A stretch of DNA of 64,000 nucleotides from Thermoplasmatota archaeon (GCA_028279595.1 JANQNK010000006.1:96001-160000), one strand, 5' to 3'. Positions 12,001 through 18,660 are shown, counted from the first letter of the stretch. Program-made: numbers and translations. Notes: a model not told the origin generated them from the sequence alone.

Positions 12001-12407
12001 AGGACGTCACCATCGAGGCCGCGACCACCGAGGACATAATCGTGGTCTTCGAGTACGAGTCCGACGCGACCTGGGTGCCGATCGACTACGTGGCTGTCTC
12101 GCACGAGGACATCGGTCCCGGAGACACCGTCGTGGTGGCAGCCCACACCTTCAGGGTGCCGGGCGGATTCGAGGCCGGAGACGATGTGACCATGAGGGCG
12201 AGGATCCTCTACAACGGCGACGAGTACAGGCCGGTGGACGAGTTCGACGAGGAGATCCATCCGAACATCGACGAGGCGAGCCACGAGGTCGTCGGAAGGA
12301 AGCAAGGTTCGACAGGCTTCATGCCAGGCGTCGCAGCGCTGACAATGGCCGCGATCACGATCGCAGCCGTGGTCTACCTCTACAGGAAGAGGGAAGAAGA
12401 GCTGTGA
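3..12407 (+). CDS. Giant repetitive cell-surface (glyco)protein with Ig-like repeats and C-terminal membrane anchor; 5'-truncated by the window edge
   Basis: Frame open from nt 3 (WHNGSWGSGW-M...), >4130 aa, very D/T/S-rich and K-poor, many N-x-S/T sequons. ~110-aa repeats are joined by DxTAP linkers. C-terminus is GFMPG + hydrophobic helix + RKR. Confidence 0.9.
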   Translation, partial: WHNGSWGSGWMTYSGNFSLSEWGMYIIEWYSYDELGNIDWVFDYNNQTYYVDDSAPGTTIALGTPNYYDGADYWVNDTTTIGFTIDDGTGVGLNATWYRIWYGSDPWSSWTNHTAAGDFMLGLGDGMYHIEFFSTDLIGNNESSTNFTVYVDSVAPSISISDITEQRYDFGNGTRVPSIYLYTPGTATVYYGDDMTAEQLFYINGTASDANSGFQEVTYSTLLGDTPATDTSSPWSATYGAEATDADGTITITAYDNLDQMTQVTVTVTQDTTDPTITDGDWSESSTFLWVDLTNDTTDNSIAYNTNGMTGTYIGTLALDINDDVQLDRGQYSVAVGWIGAPWQFFSGVSTTTNVQYQFNSGDTWNATISVFIYDKVNNYQGQTGVYAIYRDTFDPRVRVTSISESSIYLHSPDTSTLVFGDGMGSEQSFTINGVASDPFSGLANVSFSSYAGDSPSDTAVSPWAAVYGVDNADVAGVINITAYDNMGNTKMINVTTIRDTDAPSISSVLITDLTLGSTTYVADGDDIQVTATITDANQAYMTTSDITADLWMFGGGNGVNPDWYNPTTGEAHWNLSSVTCSVSDGLNTVWVNATDIVAHTATMGSDDITADNSNPIIAVTSITEWPGSAYLYSPDLANIYFGDDMGSEQDFWINGTVSDGGSGIKAITFSSLLGESPANQTSTPWAVMYGAESTDVGGTITITVIDNTDNTAQVTVTVTQDATNPSFDDGDWSDASSNLYVDLTDDTSDNMIYYSQLMAGTDSGTLTFAVSDNVELYELVYDTGVGDDGDDLLSGASATPTVVYGFDSADTFSSTLTMVLTDAVGNSVTDSTTWEIVLDTTAPATAITAITETSPYLWAPDLATLYFGDDMASAQSFDIDGTAVDASSGLDTVTYSTLLGDSPGADTTSPWSATYDATFTDTGGTISITATDMVGNNVVLSVTVTQDTTAPSIDDGDWSESSLYLWVNTTDDTTDNTIYYGDDMTGTEIGTLTLDLSDAIGLQNITYMWGVGHDGNETLTGTSDTISVDYDFESTDTWTGTLTITSWDMVDNVVTDVLTWDIMRDVTAPVVSNVVILDLNYTNPNWTADDRSVQVTATVTGADYMGGGMIQANLTGLGGAVDAAPDNYWFGNNTAIWYVDPTTCDPSNGNVTIDVHAWDYVYNYHMDNDTIRSDNTGPQISSVLITDITDFATDFTSDGHQMLVEVTIVDAFVDQIPVTSITADLTDLGGNVSDNPNTWLPGLGYASWAFSPSLCTPSDGIVTVWVNVTDAANNTADQANDTIRSDNSAPTISSVYIYDQTNGRDDYVKDGDDVQITATITDTWMSFMDTSMIEANLSEIGYGWHVAPDFYNTVTGMTYWNITNVNVTDATSTVTVDARDFIFNFATQQSDDIIGDVTAPTIEMVVITDTTLGLTNYSTDGDDVQITVYVNDTNQADITTSMITADLTGFSLGAAVNPDGYGTGSGMAYWNLTSVSYLAEGTVTVDVDAADPAGNAGTQASGSIIADNTAPTIGSPSITDTTISSTMFVKNGDNAMILAWINDTNMLNITADTTGLDFFGTQWDTPTWRNAVTGKTIWNITGTTCNPSDADITVTWRVYDQAMHLTTVTDTITADNTGPSIAAVYIYDQTLGRDDYAKTGDDIQVTAYVNDTWQAYITASDITADLAGLGGGLFTNPDYYDTVSGLCIWNITPATVTPGIVTVSVDALDDVGNAGAQQTDTIIGDNTAPTIQAVTITDTTLMQTNFTTDGNDIQITAYINDTYQFDITTSMITADLTGFSLGAAVNPDGYGTGSGMAYWNLTAVTCSPSDGTINVDVDAVDPAGNAGTQSSGSIVADNTAVTIEMLEATDTTQSTTLYIVNGENVAVFAYVNETNLMNVTADMTGFGGGMWDAPDFHNTGTGVAWWNITGVSLSPSDGVITVTVTAYDQVYAMTVDTDTIIADNTGPTIEAVTITNNNTGSTQFVTQGINVTVTAFINDTNQVSITTSEITADLTNLGGVLFQNPDMYNTGTGVATWYVNNIATLPFEGLVTITVDAEDFMGSTGIQASGTTTADNGPPSINWTAIEDQTLSSMTWTKDGDTMRLNVTVFDGSLSFMTTADIWADLTVWGLAANTTADTFNNVTGDAEWVFSSVASTPADGVVTTWVYCRDIGGNFANATWVNITADNTDPSISGELITDETSSRTDFITDGDDVSVYAMISDLNFLNTTADMTGFGGGMWDTPTFRNAGTGVTWWNISGISATPTDGMIYVNISAYDSVLNLVVVMETIMVDTTAPVIASVLITDTTVPHTTYVKDGDDVQVTATITDMFQSYMDTSLISADLTGFGLGAAVAPDYYDTMTGMTYWNLTSVTCTPSDGTITVAVDADDFNDNSATQMSDDIVADNTPPVITSVLITDTTISSTSWVVDGHDVQVTANILPTDNLTVTADLTELGGGAAVAPSYYDLGTGDAYWNMTSVTCTPSDGVITVTVDAADFVGHTDSDTDTITSDNTAPTLSITVGSPSFGTLPTYVTDATDFTLTAGDTGSGIATTEYYVDATPWNTYVGAFNVLTEGAHTIYYRTTDNAGWVTSGSLDIFVDLTAPSASGAWSETSIYLFVDVSGTLWFGDAMGGSAMFPVLSGTAADAGSGLASVTFSTEFGDTPTNSGTLAAWSTGGYGIDSTDTDTDSPAQVTITDNVGHTTVLDFAYAEDNTAPMIDDGDFVAGGGHLYVDTTDDTSDNTIYYGDDMTGSELGWLITAISDNIGLASMEFQTAVGHDGNHVFPTAPVGFSPWVNYSFENTDTFSGALNLSVTDVVGNNYYDATTWSIIRDTSAPTIWDGDWSESSSDLYVDTTSEFTDNTIMYGSSMTSTEYGTLTFGFEDNVQLAGATYTVAVGNDGDDTFSGTNVTETVVYGFDSTDTFTGFITVTVTDAVGNSLAVGSEWQITRDVTAPTINTGEWAGPDVGIYIDSGLDKMWFGDSMTSALRVWINGTATDTSAVERVEFTTEPNLASSPSTHWINGTGTVDWYGMYTVDQTSSATTEETATVTVYDIVGNYATANFTYQEDTEAPTYSGVMWVEGANPNAFPLPDSDYLFVDGVDTLWFSDEMPGIEYASIYAQVEDNFLIEKAAYSDEPNLADSPSDEFMYTNSTFLVASRYGFSDTSDDGDGEITVTLTDVVGNFVEFTMDYDWDPIAPQIHDMYWAESSSYLYIDGSDTLWFGDGMFPNVDFADMFGNVSDNVMLDYAEYSEEPTIARSPGDGQAPAIDEIFIFSYDREDIWTEYGFDSSSSNGDRHINVTVYDKVGNYAEGALWFERDVSAPVFANETWMEDSSYLWIDGDGDLWFGDDMMMEETGTVYGEITENAELFMIEFSSEGNLASSPTAIMTMGTTYTFMEDYGFDASSTIGDGMVVVTAYDQVNNTNFIVLDYGTDFRAPNLNNTEWEENNAFMHIDGSGTLWFSNAMQVSQIAYIEGEIWDNLAFGMVTFSDETGSFVEHYLPYMEGMTGEDEFDTEYEFNTTAIDTDSPVTVTLADAVNNTATATLTYSLDATAPMANITSMMNYDVLNDTHAAVTQDLAGWYWTISGVGFDAGSGIDTIELSIDGGAAVTATNGGGWATWSYDSLELNNSGWHSIEWTVIDRVGNAQMMTYEVYRPAVNSSGVWMWRLADGGILNLTTIAPYFLWMQVDLVLPTDYIWVAIERFFENPISNDPWNLTNFHFMTIEVDDNDLLVGANLEFYYTQQQLRNNNLTEDDLLGLGFFNETSGEWELYPDTGVHDFVPYRRIPGRTQIHEYQGYLWADMIPHFSLISGLGQSYKVELLGNTTQTADIFDDVNDEGADFWVEYTIVVSNEGTENDDFRLSATGPLGWKLFLDGDRDPQGWDDHETDTTIENLGWGESIEWTLTAHIYDTDLNVDSWPLSGDTAEPGRTYYIDIEVESLTDPGTSYDSMVIDAVIRRPDLGVNLVTSTNPGAWILTNAEIDLYAFVHNYGNWTTSASYDGYIDPWVWDEDESRWLEDVTIEAATTEDIIVVFEYESDATWVPIDYVAVSHEDIGPGDTVVVAAHTFRVPGGFEAGDDVTMRARILYNGDEYRPVDEFDEEIHPNIDEASHEVVGRKQGSTGFMPGVAALTMAAITIAAVVYLYRKREEEL
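3210..7490 (+). repeat. 13 tandem ~110-aa coding repeats (ITDxT...DGDDVQVTA...ITADLTGxGxG...PDxY...G.AYWNLT.VTC.PSDG)
   Basis: Motif recurs every ~330 nt; one more isolated copy starts near nt 1510; triplet super-periodicity of ~987 nt. Confidence 0.85.
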
Positions 12408-12480
12408 GGGTCGGTGAAGCACACCCGAACGGAAACCGAGGAGGATATCGATCCTCCTCACCCCCCCTTTTTTTCATTTC
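12408..12480 (+). terminator. Hairpin plus oligo-T terminator / structured 3' end of the giant gene
   Basis: Perfect stem GAGGAGGAT-atcg-ATCCTCCTC (12438-12459) followed by C7 and T7 tracts. Confidence 0.7.
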
Positions 12481-12548
12481 AATTTCCTTCTACAGACCAC
12501 TCTGTAAGGATGTAGGTGTTCAACGCTCCCCGGTAGAAATGGTTGGTT

Positions 12549-13070
12549 CTAGGTGTTCTCCATCAGCCAATCAAGCCACCAGATCGGCTCCGTGGTCTCT
12601 CCTGCGACTATACCCTCCACGAGGTCGGCGACCTCATTCTCCGTACGGTCTGTGGTGTCGATCTGCTCCACACGAGAATCATTGTCGAAGGATTCGACGG
12701 CGATGATCGAGAGCGCCTCTGCCCAAACGTTCTCGTCGATCTTCTCCTCTGAATACTCACGCGTGGAAAGCCTTGCCTTCAGCTCGTCCGGCTCGCACCT
12801 CAGACAGATGACGAGGTCGCAGTGGAGCTCGTGGGACCAATGCCCCTCCATGATGACATTTCCAAGCAGGTCCTTCTCCGCTAGAGCATCCTTGAGAGCG
12901 TCGATGTCCACCTCCCAGGAGTCCCTCTCCTCATCGTAGTCAGTTCGGGCACCCGACCTCTGTGCAAGTTCATTGAGGTCAATGATGGAATAGCCCCTTG
13001 ACTCCATGAGTCGTGACGTGGCTGTCTTGCCGGTCCCGGGGGTCCCTGTGAGGGCAATGACGAGCGTCAT
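12549..13070 (-). CDS. Adenylate kinase, AK6/Fap7 (hCINAP) family
   Basis: Walker A GTPGTGKT, EGHWSH motif, LRC..DEL..RL..R.YS..KI.EN. Confidence 0.85.
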   Translation of the reverse strand: MTLVIALTGTPGTGKTATSRLMESRGYSIIDLNELAQRSGARTDYDEERDSWEVDIDALKDALAEKDLLGNVIMEGHWSHELHCDLVICLRCEPDELKARLSTREYSEEKIDENVWAEALSIIAVESFDNDSRVEQIDTTDRTENEVADLVEGIVAGETTEPIWWLDWLMENT

Positions 13071-13110
13071 CGCTCACCGAATGGCCTGGAGTACTAATAA
13101 GAACGTGGGC

Positions 13111-13755
13111 TCACTGCGTTTCCATCTTCGCTCGTTTCTCGAAGAGGGCCTTCATCCGCTTCCTTCTGAAGAAGTCCTCCCTTTCCATCTCCTCGAGGTG
13201 CGACTCGATGGACCGCTCCACCGCCCGGAGCCTCGGGATGAAGACATGCTCGAGGGCGTTGACGCGCCTCTTGGTCTTCTCTATCTCCCGTCCCAGCAAT
13301 CCGATGGACTGCTCGACCTCCGCGAGCGCCACGAGGTCCTCCATCAGGTTCGACATGTCCGCTGCTGCCGTCTCCGTGCTCATGTCCGACGACACGAGCG
13401 AAACAGGTCCCCGTTCGCCGACCTCGCGCTGGACGACCTGCGGGATCCTGATACCCATCACAGAGGTCGCTCTCACGTCCAGTTCGTGCCTGTCGGGCAT
13501 CGAATGGAGGAGGCCGCGTATCTTCGAGTCCCCCATTGACATCCTGGCAGTGGTGACATTGCCGTACACGCCGTCCAATCCGGAAATCAGATCGGTCCGC
13601 ATGCCCTTGCGACGCTCCACAAGGTCGAAGAACTGGACTATGAGGGCGTCGCGCTTCTCGCTGAGGAGTTCGTGCCCCTTCTCTGCCAGTGCGCGCTTCT
13701 TCCTCGTGACGATGAGCTCCATTCGGGTCGGCTTGACCCCTTCGATGACGGCCAT
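13111..13755 (-). CDS. atpD: A/V-type ATP synthase subunit D
   Basis: KPTRMEL...A.KGH.LL.EKRDAL; EIEKTKRRVNALE...IP.L...L.E.ERE.F.R.K. Confidence 0.93.
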   Translation of the reverse strand: MAVIEGVKPTRMELIVTRKKRALAEKGHELLSEKRDALIVQFFDLVERRKGMRTDLISGLDGVYGNVTTARMSMGDSKIRGLLHSMPDRHELDVRATSVMGIRIPQVVQREVGERGPVSLVSSDMSTETAAADMSNLMEDLVALAEVEQSIGLLGREIEKTKRRVNALEHVFIPRLRAVERSIESHLEEMEREDFFRRKRMKALFEKRAKMETQ

Positions 13756-13852
13756 CGGCTCGGAGAGAGTGTTTCTGCTTTAAATATGTAGCCACAGGGT
13801 AGGCTGAATCGATGGGTCCGTGGTCGATGGGTATGTCTACGTGGTCCGATTC

Positions 13853-15577
13853 CTACATTCCCCAGTATGAGGAGTCCTTACGCTTGATCTCGATGATCTT
13901 CTCGAGGGTCTCCTCCTCGTCGTAGCTGAGATCGATCTTCCTCAGCTCCTTGACGTGGTGCTCGGGTATGTCGACGTACAGGACGTCCTCTATCTTGATC
14001 TGACGTCCGCACGTCACACCATCTATGGCAATTGCGACCTCATCGCCTGCGCCGGCCTTTTGCAGAGTCTGATCGCCCGATCGGATGCTTCTGATGAGGC
14101 CCGCTGAACGCCCGTCCTCGCGCATCAGGCGCAATCCCGGTCTCAGGGTGCCTGCGAGGATCCTAACGCCCACTATGGCGGGCTTGCTCAGTCTGAAGAA
14201 ACAGTCCGGCAGCAGCAGCACCTTGGCTGGATATGCTATCGCGATGCGTGAGTCCTCGTCAAGCTGTTTCGTGACGATCTCCTTCCACTCCAGGTAGTCC
14301 TCTATCAGCTTGTAGATGACGTTCCCGTCGATGATCTTGACGCCGGTGCTTTCCGCCGTCTCCACAGCGTCCTGTGTCGTACCGACGTTGAATGAGAGGA
14401 TCACCTTCTCCAGGGGGTCGGGCCGGGCCGATACCTCCATGACGTCGCTCCGTGAGACAGGTCCGATGCATGTCCTGAGGATCGGGACCTCGCTCTCCCT
14501 GCACTCGAACTGGAGCGCCTCGAGGGAGCCCAGTGTGTCGGCCTTGATGGTAACACCCTCCGTTCCGGCTTCGAAGCATGACTCGAAACATAGTTCCTCG
14601 CCCTCGTTACCCTCCACGACCTTTATCGGTGATCCGGCGACGACCGCTCCCAGGTCCGGGGCCAGTACCTTGACTCCCGCGGCCGCGCTGATCTCGTCCG
14701 CCTGAAGGAACTTGTCCCTCGGGTCCCGGATCTCATCGAGCGCTTTCGGCTTCAGGATGGCCTTCACACGGGTGAATACCGGGGTTTCGATACCGCCTAT
14801 GGCGATGTCGTCGCCCTTGCGGAGCATCCCCTTGTAGAGGATGACGTCGATGGTGGTCCCCAGACCCACCTCCTCCTTGACCTCGAGGACGGTACCCTCT
14901 CCTGGGCCGCTGTCCTCCTCGATGGTGTCTCCCAGGAACCTCTGCGACAGTCCGATGAGCATCATGAGCAGGTCTGGAATTCCCTCGCCGTGCTTCGCCG
15001 ACATCGGAATGATGGCGAAGTTCTTGGTGAAGTCCTCGATCCTGTCGAAACGGTCGGCATTGATGTCATGCTCGTAGAGCTTCCCGATGATGTCCAGGAT
15101 GCGCTGCTCTAGGGCAGTTTGAACGAAATCAGGTTGTGAATCGTGGGCAGGCAGGAACGCCCCGCCCTTTCCGCGCCACCCGGAGATACGATCGACCTTG
15201 TTGGCCGCGATCACGAACGGCGTCTTGTGGCGTTTCAGGATCTCGATCGATTCGATGGTCTGTGGCTTGATCCCCTCGACGACGTCGATCATAAGGACCG
15301 CCAGGTCTGCGAGACCGCCTCCTCGCGCACGCATGCTCGTGAACGCGCGGTGTCCTGGAGTATCGATGAAGAGGAGTCCGGGGATGCGGACCTTGTCCTC
15401 GTTGAACATCTTGCCGCAGATGTCCTTGATCGTCTCTATGGGGACCTCCGTCGCACCGATGTGTTGCGTAATAAGACCGGCCTCTCGGGCGGCGACCGAC
15501 GTACCTCTGACATAGTCCAGTAGGGTCGTCTTACCATGGTCCACGTGGCCTAGGACGCTCACTATCGGCTGCCTCAC
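13853..15577 (-). CDS. infB: Translation initiation factor aIF5B (IF-2)
   Basis: RQPIVSVLGHVDHGKTT, ITQHIGATE, DTPGH, NKVD; GTG start. Confidence 0.97.
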   Translation of the reverse strand: MRQPIVSVLGHVDHGKTTLLDYVRGTSVAAREAGLITQHIGATEVPIETIKDICGKMFNEDKVRIPGLLFIDTPGHRAFTSMRARGGGLADLAVLMIDVVEGIKPQTIESIEILKRHKTPFVIAANKVDRISGWRGKGGAFLPAHDSQPDFVQTALEQRILDIIGKLYEHDINADRFDRIEDFTKNFAIIPMSAKHGEGIPDLLMMLIGLSQRFLGDTIEEDSGPGEGTVLEVKEEVGLGTTIDVILYKGMLRKGDDIAIGGIETPVFTRVKAILKPKALDEIRDPRDKFLQADEISAAAGVKVLAPDLGAVVAGSPIKVVEGNEGEELCFESCFEAGTEGVTIKADTLGSLEALQFECRESEVPILRTCIGPVSRSDVMEVSARPDPLEKVILSFNVGTTQDAVETAESTGVKIIDGNVIYKLIEDYLEWKEIVTKQLDEDSRIAIAYPAKVLLLPDCFFRLSKPAIVGVRILAGTLRPGLRLMREDGRSAGLIRSIRSGDQTLQKAGAGDEVAIAIDGVTCGRQIKIEDVLYVDIPEHHVKELRKIDLSYDEEETLEKIIEIKRKDSSYWGM

Positions 15578-15592
15578 GGCCGTGAGATCACC

Positions 15593-16042
15593 TCACTCGT
15601 ATAGCCATTGCCTGTCCGAGGTGTCGTACCCGAGGATCTCGTCGTCGTCGAAGAAGAGGCCCAGTTCCCTGACGGCGAACTCGTCCGAGTCCGACGCGTG
15701 GACGACGTTCCGTCCGATCTCCATCGCCAGGTCGCCCCTGATCGTACCGGGGCTGGCCTCCTTAGGGTCGGTCGCGCCGACGATGTTCCGGACGATGCCG
15801 ACCGCACCGTCCCCCTCGACGGCCATTGCCACCGACGGACCTGACGTGATGTATTCCATCAGGGGTCCGTAGAACGGCTTCTCGCGGTGCATCTCGTAGT
15901 GCGTTCCCGCGAGCTGTTCGTCGATGTGGAGCATCTTCATTCCGGCGATGGTCAGCCCCTTCGATTCGAAGCGGGCGACTATCTCGCCTATCAATCCTCT
16001 CGCGACTCCATCGGGCTTGATCATGACGAAGGTCCGGTCCAT
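15593..16042 (-). CDS. ndk: Nucleoside diphosphate kinase
   Basis: RTFVMIKPDG, PGTIRGD, RNVVHASDS; start moved to ATG 16042. Confidence 0.96.
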   Translation of the reverse strand: MDRTFVMIKPDGVARGLIGEIVARFESKGLTIAGMKMLHIDEQLAGTHYEMHREKPFYGPLMEYITSGPSVAMAVEGDGAVGIVRNIVGATDPKEASPGTIRGDLAMEIGRNVVHASDSDEFAVRELGLFFDDDEILGYDTSDRQWLYE

Positions 16043-16053
16043 TGGGTTCACGC

Positions 16054-16233
16054 TCACTTCTGGAACTTCTGAGACCAGCGGGTCCTCCTCGGGACGCGCT
16101 TGAGCTCTATGAGGTTCTTGTAGCACTTCTTCGAACAGAAGTTGAACACGGAACCGTCACGCTTCACGAACATCCTGCCGGTGCCTGGCTCTATCTGCCT
16201 TCCGCAGAAGGAACAGCTGTGTGCTTCTGGCAT
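16054..16233 (-). CDS. rpl24e: 50S ribosomal protein L24e (59 aa, absent from the ORF track)
   Basis: Manual translation MPEAHSCSFCGRQIEPGTGRMFVKRDGSVFNFCSKKC...; conserved L7Ae-S28e-L24e-ndk-infB order. Confidence 0.95.
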   Translation of the reverse strand: MPEAHSCSFCGRQIEPGTGRMFVKRDGSVFNFCSKKCYKNLIELKRVPRRTRWSQKFQK

Positions 16234-16239
16234 CCTGGA

Positions 16240-16446
16240 TCACCTCACGTTCAGCTTCTTTGCCTCGCGGGCGGTCTCCCTGAGCATCAGGATGTCACCG
16301 ATGAGCACCGGGCCCGACACGTTCCGAGTGATGATGCGGCCCTTGTCGCGTCCGTCGAGGACGCGCACCTTGACCTGTCTGGCCTCTCCGGCCATCCCCG
16401 TCCTTCCAAGGATCTCGAGGACCTCTGCCGGGAATCCTTCCTCCAT
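16240..16446 (-). CDS. rps28e: 30S ribosomal protein S28e
   Basis: [44 protein letters not shown]. Confidence 0.96.
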   Translation of the reverse strand: MEEGFPAEVLEILGRTGMAGEARQVKVRVLDGRDKGRIITRNVSGPVLIGDILMLRETAREAKKLNVR

Positions 16447-16452
16447 CCATCA

Positions 16453-16818
16453 TCACCCTTGCTTCTTCAACTTGTCAACGAGTCCCTCGATGAGGGGCTT
16501 CGCCTTGCCCGGCTTGGTTATCGCGACCGAGGCCGTTGGTACGACCAGGCCGGCTGCCCGTCCGAGCTCGTTCTTGTTCGGGACGTAAGCGAAGGGTATG
16601 CCCTTCTCCTCGCAGAGGAACGGTATGTGCATGAGGACCTCCTCGGGCTGGATGTCGGACGCCATGACGACGAAGACGGCCTGGCCGCGCTCGATCATCT
16701 TGGTGACCTCGTTGGTCCCCTTGTGCAGCTTGCCCGTGTCGCGCGCATGCTCCACGGCCTCGTACACACTGTTCACTAGTTCCTCCGGCATTTCGAACTT
16801 CACATATGCTTTGCTCAT
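16453..16818 (-). CDS. rpl7ae: 50S ribosomal protein L7Ae
   Basis: [35 protein letters not shown]. Confidence 0.97.
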   Translation of the reverse strand: MSKAYVKFEMPEELVNSVYEAVEHARDTGKLHKGTNEVTKMIERGQAVFVVMASDIQPEEVLMHIPFLCEEKGIPFAYVPNKNELGRAAGLVVPTASVAITKPGKAKPLIEGLVDKLKKQG

Positions 16819-16824
16819 TGTTCA

Positions 16825-16866
16825 ACCTCCTTCAAGCCCCAACGGGGGCTTTCATCATTCACAGGT
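16825..16866 (-). promoter_or_regulatory. K-turn-containing leader of rpl7ae mRNA overlapping the Shine-Dalgarno
   Basis: Minus-strand ACC-UGU-GA-AU-GAU-GA-AAGCCCC-cguu-GGGGCUU-GA-AG-GA-GGU; TATA-like TTTAATAT at 16895-16888. Confidence 0.7.
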
Positions 16867-16944
16867 GGGCGCTCCATCACCCATATCATATTAAAGCGTT
16901 ATGACTGGGGCGAAGCGTCATCAATCCGTCTGGCAGGTCGATGC

Positions 16945-17430
16945 TCATCCTTCCAGTATGGGCATGTACCCCGACCATGTGCCCTCGCTCTTGAGGGACT
17001 TCAGGTTCTCCTCGAGCACTTCCCTGTGCTTGTTCTCCTCGTCCACGAGACGCATGAAGAAGTCCCTTATCGTGATGTCGTCGACGCTGTCCGCGCACCT
17101 GCGGTAGAACTCCGCGGTCTTCACCTCGACGGCCATCGCCTGGGTGGTAGCCTCGATCGCGTCGACCTCGTGGACCCTCTCGATGGGGAACACGGCACTC
17201 GGGTCCATCGTGGGAATGGACTCGCTGATCTCGATGTCCGCTGCGTTCTCGCGCATCTTGGCGAAGGCGTCCTCGTGCTCCTTCTCGGCGTTCGCCAGGA
17301 AGGTCATCAAGGCCTTGCCCGCGGGATCGTCTATCTTGCTTCCGAAGGCCATGTAGAAGTCGTATCCGTAGCGCTCCAGCTCTATGGCCAGGTCGAAGGC
17401 CTCCCTCGTGTTTCCTACGATGTCTGTCAT
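16945..17430 (-). CDS. Rubrerythrin/ferritin-like di-iron protein
   Basis: AIELE..GY.FY, E.EH, AM.VE....EFY, EE..H repeated ExxH pairs. Confidence 0.8.
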   Translation of the reverse strand: MTDIVGNTREAFDLAIELERYGYDFYMAFGSKIDDPAGKALMTFLANAEKEHEDAFAKMRENAADIEISESIPTMDPSAVFPIERVHEVDAIEATTQAMAVEVKTAEFYRRCADSVDDITIRDFFMRLVDEENKHREVLEENLKSLKSEGTWSGYMPILEG

Positions 17431-17508
17431 TGGGTCACCACGAGGTAGAAAGGGCAACGGTTTAAATTACCTTTCGCTAAAAAACGCGAAACTGGGGTTC
17501 GGACCGGC

Positions 17509-18660
17509 TCAATCCAACGTCCCGATCGCCTTGGCGATCCTCTCGGCTCCCCGTTCGAGGTCCTCCATCGAGCTCGCGAACGACAGGCGGAATCGATCGT
17601 TCGCCTGGGACCCGAAGGCGCCTCCAGGCGTCACGGCGACCTTGGCCTCCTCGAGCAGGAACTTGGCGAACTCGAAGCTGTCCATCTCGTCGTCGTATGA
17701 CGGGAATGCGTAGAACGTCCCTTCCGGCCTGTAGCATTCGACTCCTGGGATGTCGTCGAGCGCCTTCGAGATGAAGTCGCCCCGCTTCCTGTAGACGTCC
17801 ACCATCTCCCTGACGCTCTCGTCGCCCTTCCTGAGGGCGGATAGCAGCCCCATCTGGACGAACGATGTGGCGCAGGTGACGACGTTCTGCTGGACCTTCG
17901 CGATCTCCTTGACCCATGAGGGCGGGGCTATTGCCCATCCGACCCTCCATCCGCTCATGGCATAGGTCTTCGAGGCGCTGAACACGGTCATCGTCCTATC
18001 GGCCATTCCGGGGAGGGATGCGATGGAAAGGTGCTCACCCTCGAAGATCATCTTCTCGTAGACCTCGTCGGTGATGACCTTTAGGTCGTTGTCGATTGCC
18101 AGGTCGGCGAGCGCCTTGATCTCGTCTGCCGAGAAGACCGCACCCGTCGGGTTCGAGGGTGAGTTGATGACCAGACCTTTGGTCCTCGGTGTGATGAGCC
18201 CTGCGATCGTGTCGATATCGGGATGGAACCTCTCTCCCAAGGGATAATGGACCGGCACCGCCTCCGCGAGCCTTATCATCTGCTCGTAGGAAACCCAGCC
18301 AGGGTCGGGTATGAGGACCTCCTCGCCCCTGTCGAACAGGGAGACGATCCCCTCGTAGAGCGCGACCTTCGCCGGCGTGATGACGACGTTCTCCCGCGCA
18401 CACGGGATCCCGTTGTTGCGTGAATAGTAATCGGCCACCTCGTCCCTGAGCTCGGGGAATCCCAGCGATGGTGTATAGTGTGTGCATCCCGTGTTCATGG
18501 CCTCGACGGCGTCGTCGATTATCATCTGCGGAGTGTCGAAGTCGGGCTCACCCAGGGTGAACGAGAGGATGTCCTCGCCCTGCGCCCTCATCCTGACGAC
18601 CTGGTCGTTCAGCGCGACGATCCTGGACCCTGCCACTGAGCTCATTCTTACGGATGGCAT
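17509..18660 (-). CDS. PLP-dependent class I/II aminotransferase (aspartate aminotransferase-like)
   Basis: GEPDF.TP, NSPSNPTG, DEVY, SKTYAMSGWRVG. Confidence 0.92.
   Translation of the reverse strand: MPSVRMSSVAGSRIVALNDQVVRMRAQGEDILSFTLGEPDFDTPQMIIDDAVEAMNTGCTHYTPSLGFPELRDEVADYYSRNNGIPCARENVVITPAKVALYEGIVSLFDRGEEVLIPDPGWVSYEQMIRLAEAVPVHYPLGERFHPDIDTIAGLITPRTKGLVINSPSNPTGAVFSADEIKALADLAIDNDLKVITDEVYEKMIFEGEHLSIASLPGMADRTMTVFSASKTYAMSGWRVGWAIAPPSWVKEIAKVQQNVVTCATSFVQMGLLSALRKGDESVREMVDVYRKRGDFISKALDDIPGVECYRPEGTFYAFPSYDDEMDSFEFAKFLLEEAKVAVTPGGAFGSQANDRFRLSFASSMEDLERGAERIAKAIGTLD

Noticed and set aside
13813-13848. Short direct repeat (TCGATGGGT..CGTGGTC) between infB and atpD
   Set aside because: Two short copies only; not CRISPR-like and no supportable function.
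16870-16878. CGCTCCATC shared by the rpl7ae and dnaG (58865) upstream regions
   Set aside because: 9-mer in different structural contexts; compatible with chance.
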